Shown here piece by piece: positions 62,625-64,000 of a DNA stretch of 64,000 bases. Numbering within the stretch: the stretch's first letter is position 1; every line of letters begins with the position of its first letter. Under the pieces are notes generated by a model that made no database searches, was not told where the DNA came from, and was given only the letters and a program-made list of their open reading frames with translations. The position numbers and the translations under genes are program-made. The stretch is from Lentisphaerota bacterium (GTDB lineage Bacteria > Verrucomicrobiota > Lentisphaeria > Victivallales > Victivallaceae), in assembly GCA_015061695.1 (NCBI GenBank), contig SUWA01000003.1:65-64064 (forward strand), written 5' to 3'.

Positions 62625-63647
62625 TTAGAACTGGGCGAGGAAACGCACGTCGTTTTCATACAGCCAGCGGATATCCGCAATGCGGTAACGCATCATCGCC
62701 AGACGTTCGATACCGAAACCGAAAGCAAAGCCGCTCCAGATCTCCGGATCGTAGCCGACATTTTTCAACACGTTAGGATCGACCATCCCGGCACCGGCGA
62801 TTTCCAGCCAGCCGGACTGCTTGCAAACGTTGCAGCCCTTGCCCCCGCACATAATGCAGGAAAAATCGTACTCCACGCTCGGTTCGGTAAAGGGGAAGAA
62901 GTGCGGACGGGTACGGATACGCACTTCCGGACCGAACATTTCGGTAGCAAAGTTGCGCAGCACCGCTTTCAAATCTGCCAGCGAAACATTTTTGTCAATA
63001 TACAAACCTTCGATCTGATGGAAGTTCATGCTGTGGGTCGCATCCGGCGTATCGCGGCGGAAGCAGCGGCCCGGAGCAACAATGCGTACCGGCGGTTCAT
63101 GCGACTCCATAACGCGGATCTGTACCGGCGAAGTCTGGGTACGCAGCAAACGGCCATCGGAGAAGTAAAAAGTATCGCCCGGGTCGCGGCTGGGGTGATC
63201 CTGCGGAGTGTTGAGTGCGTCAAAGTTGAAGTAAACCTGTTCGATTTCCGGACCTTCGGCCACCATAAAACCCATCCGTCGGAAGATTTCAGCACATTCG
63301 TCAATGACCTTGACTACGGGGTGCTTATGGCCGACATCGACCCGGCGGCCGGGCAGCGTAAGGTCAATACCGGCGGCATCAGCATCGGCCGCACTGTTCA
63401 AACGCTCCAGCGCTGCGTCCAACATCTGCTGCAGCTGTTCGCGGGCAGTGTTGAACGCCTTGCCGGTAACGCCGCGTTCTTCCGGCGGGATCGAACCCAT
63501 TTGTTTACTCAATGCCGGCAGCAGACCTTTACGTCCGATAAGGTCAATACGAACCGCTTCCACGGCATCAGGCGCAGTGGCGGCTGCAAGTCTGACTTGA
63601 GCATCGGCCAAGGCCTTTTCAATAGCTTCTACAATCTGATTAGCCAT
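62625..63647 (-). CDS. pheS: Phenylalanine--tRNA ligase alpha subunit
   Basis: 340 aa. Class II motifs ..HPVVKV.., FRRDTPDATHSMNFHQIEG, GFAFGFGIERLAM. Confidence 0.95.
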   Translation of the reverse strand: MANQIVEAIEKALADAQVRLAAATAPDAVEAVRIDLIGRKGLLPALSKQMGSIPPEERGVTGKAFNTAREQLQQMLDAALERLNSAADADAAGIDLTLPGRRVDVGHKHPVVKVIDECAEIFRRMGFMVAEGPEIEQVYFNFDALNTPQDHPSRDPGDTFYFSDGRLLRTQTSPVQIRVMESHEPPVRIVAPGRCFRRDTPDATHSMNFHQIEGLYIDKNVSLADLKAVLRNFATEMFGPEVRIRTRPHFFPFTEPSVEYDFSCIMCGGKGCNVCKQSGWLEIAGAGMVDPNVLKNVGYDPEIWSGFAFGFGIERLAMMRYRIADIRWLYENDVRFLAQF

Positions 63648-64000
63648 CTTTTTTCACCTGTTGTGTTGGTTGATATTGTAAATTTTGTTTATAAGGCTCA
63701 TAGGAGTTACGAAAACAACTGCGGGTTTTCATAAGTCCTATGGGTCTTATGCACTCTACGGATACCATAGAGTAATGCCAAACCTTGCTGCACATTGCTG
63801 CAAGCTGTTTTTTTTGCGGCGCTGCCGCAAAACGATCCGATACGCACACCTGATTATTGCCAGTCAGACGATCCTCCAGCGGTGCTGCCGCTTAAAGATT
63901 GCGAGGCAATCCGGCGATGGAGCGCAACGCGGATGGGGCGGTAGACTGACGGTGCTACTCGTAGAGTAACACCAGAAGTCGCTCCGACCGAGCCGCAAAG

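Noticed and set aside
63730-64000. Possible RNase P RNA or other known ncRNA. AAGTCCTATGGG and CCGGCGATGG..GGTGC..CACC vaguely recall M1 RNA segments.
   Set aside because: The universally conserved GGAAAGTCCGG core is not present (the sequence here is CATAAGTCCTATGG), and the order and spacing of elements do not fit. I also could not match tmRNA, SRP RNA, cobalamin riboswitch or group II intron motifs. The region is kept only as an unclassified structured leader.

Overview
This 64-kb chromosomal segment is most consistent with a PVC-superphylum bacterium (Lentisphaerota/Kiritimatiellota-like). The basis is five genes carrying a prepilin-type N-terminus ([32 protein letters not shown]) on an H-X9-DG/DUF1559-type body, plus a sixth with a zinc-ribbon/TM anchor instead. 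I call about 41 protein genes. I recognised no rRNA, tRNA, CRISPR array, transposase or integrase.

Layout:
- 0.2-5 kb: SGNH hydrolase, two PLP aminotransferases, MarR regulator.
- 5-15 kb: LacI-regulated glycan locus. It holds a 1662-aa secreted discoidin/CBM9-like enzyme, two tandem pseudopilin-like genes (the second has a degenerate, frameshifted N-terminus) and a cytoplasmic GH42 beta-galactosidase.
- 15-25 kb: alanine/cation symporter, then a monocistronic 2643-aa protein with an IdeS-like (C66) cysteine-protease head, AIDA-type beta-helix, 6 Ig-like repeats, 5 CARDB repeats and a PPC-like tail.
- 25-31 kb: sialate O-acetylesterase, GDPD, flavin-reductase-like protein, MBL-fold protein, GT2.
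- 31-48 kb: a more AT-rich, GntR/PBP1-regulated second glycan locus. Giant CBM4_9-like secreted proteins are interleaved with three more pseudopilin-like genes. Three further secreted proteins and a zinc-ribbon/TM-anchored H-X9-DG-like variant follow.
- 48-64 kb: housekeeping genes (CE4 deacetylase, HPr, PhoH, LysM lipoprotein, FabF, META lipoprotein, transketolase, RuvB, PheST) plus an SPFH/zinc-ribbon/TM2 membrane operon.

Most interesting observations:
- Regulator, giant secreted CBM protein and H-X9-DG pseudopilin recur as a module, with no canonical sugar transporter or secretion machinery nearby.
- The giant protein has an IdeS-like head.
- Exact palindromic operators are paired in front of each regulator and its target gene.
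- A near-consensus promoter (TTGACA-N16/17-TATACT) is reused across the loci.

All calls come from reading ORF translations and the sequence by eye. No database search was run.
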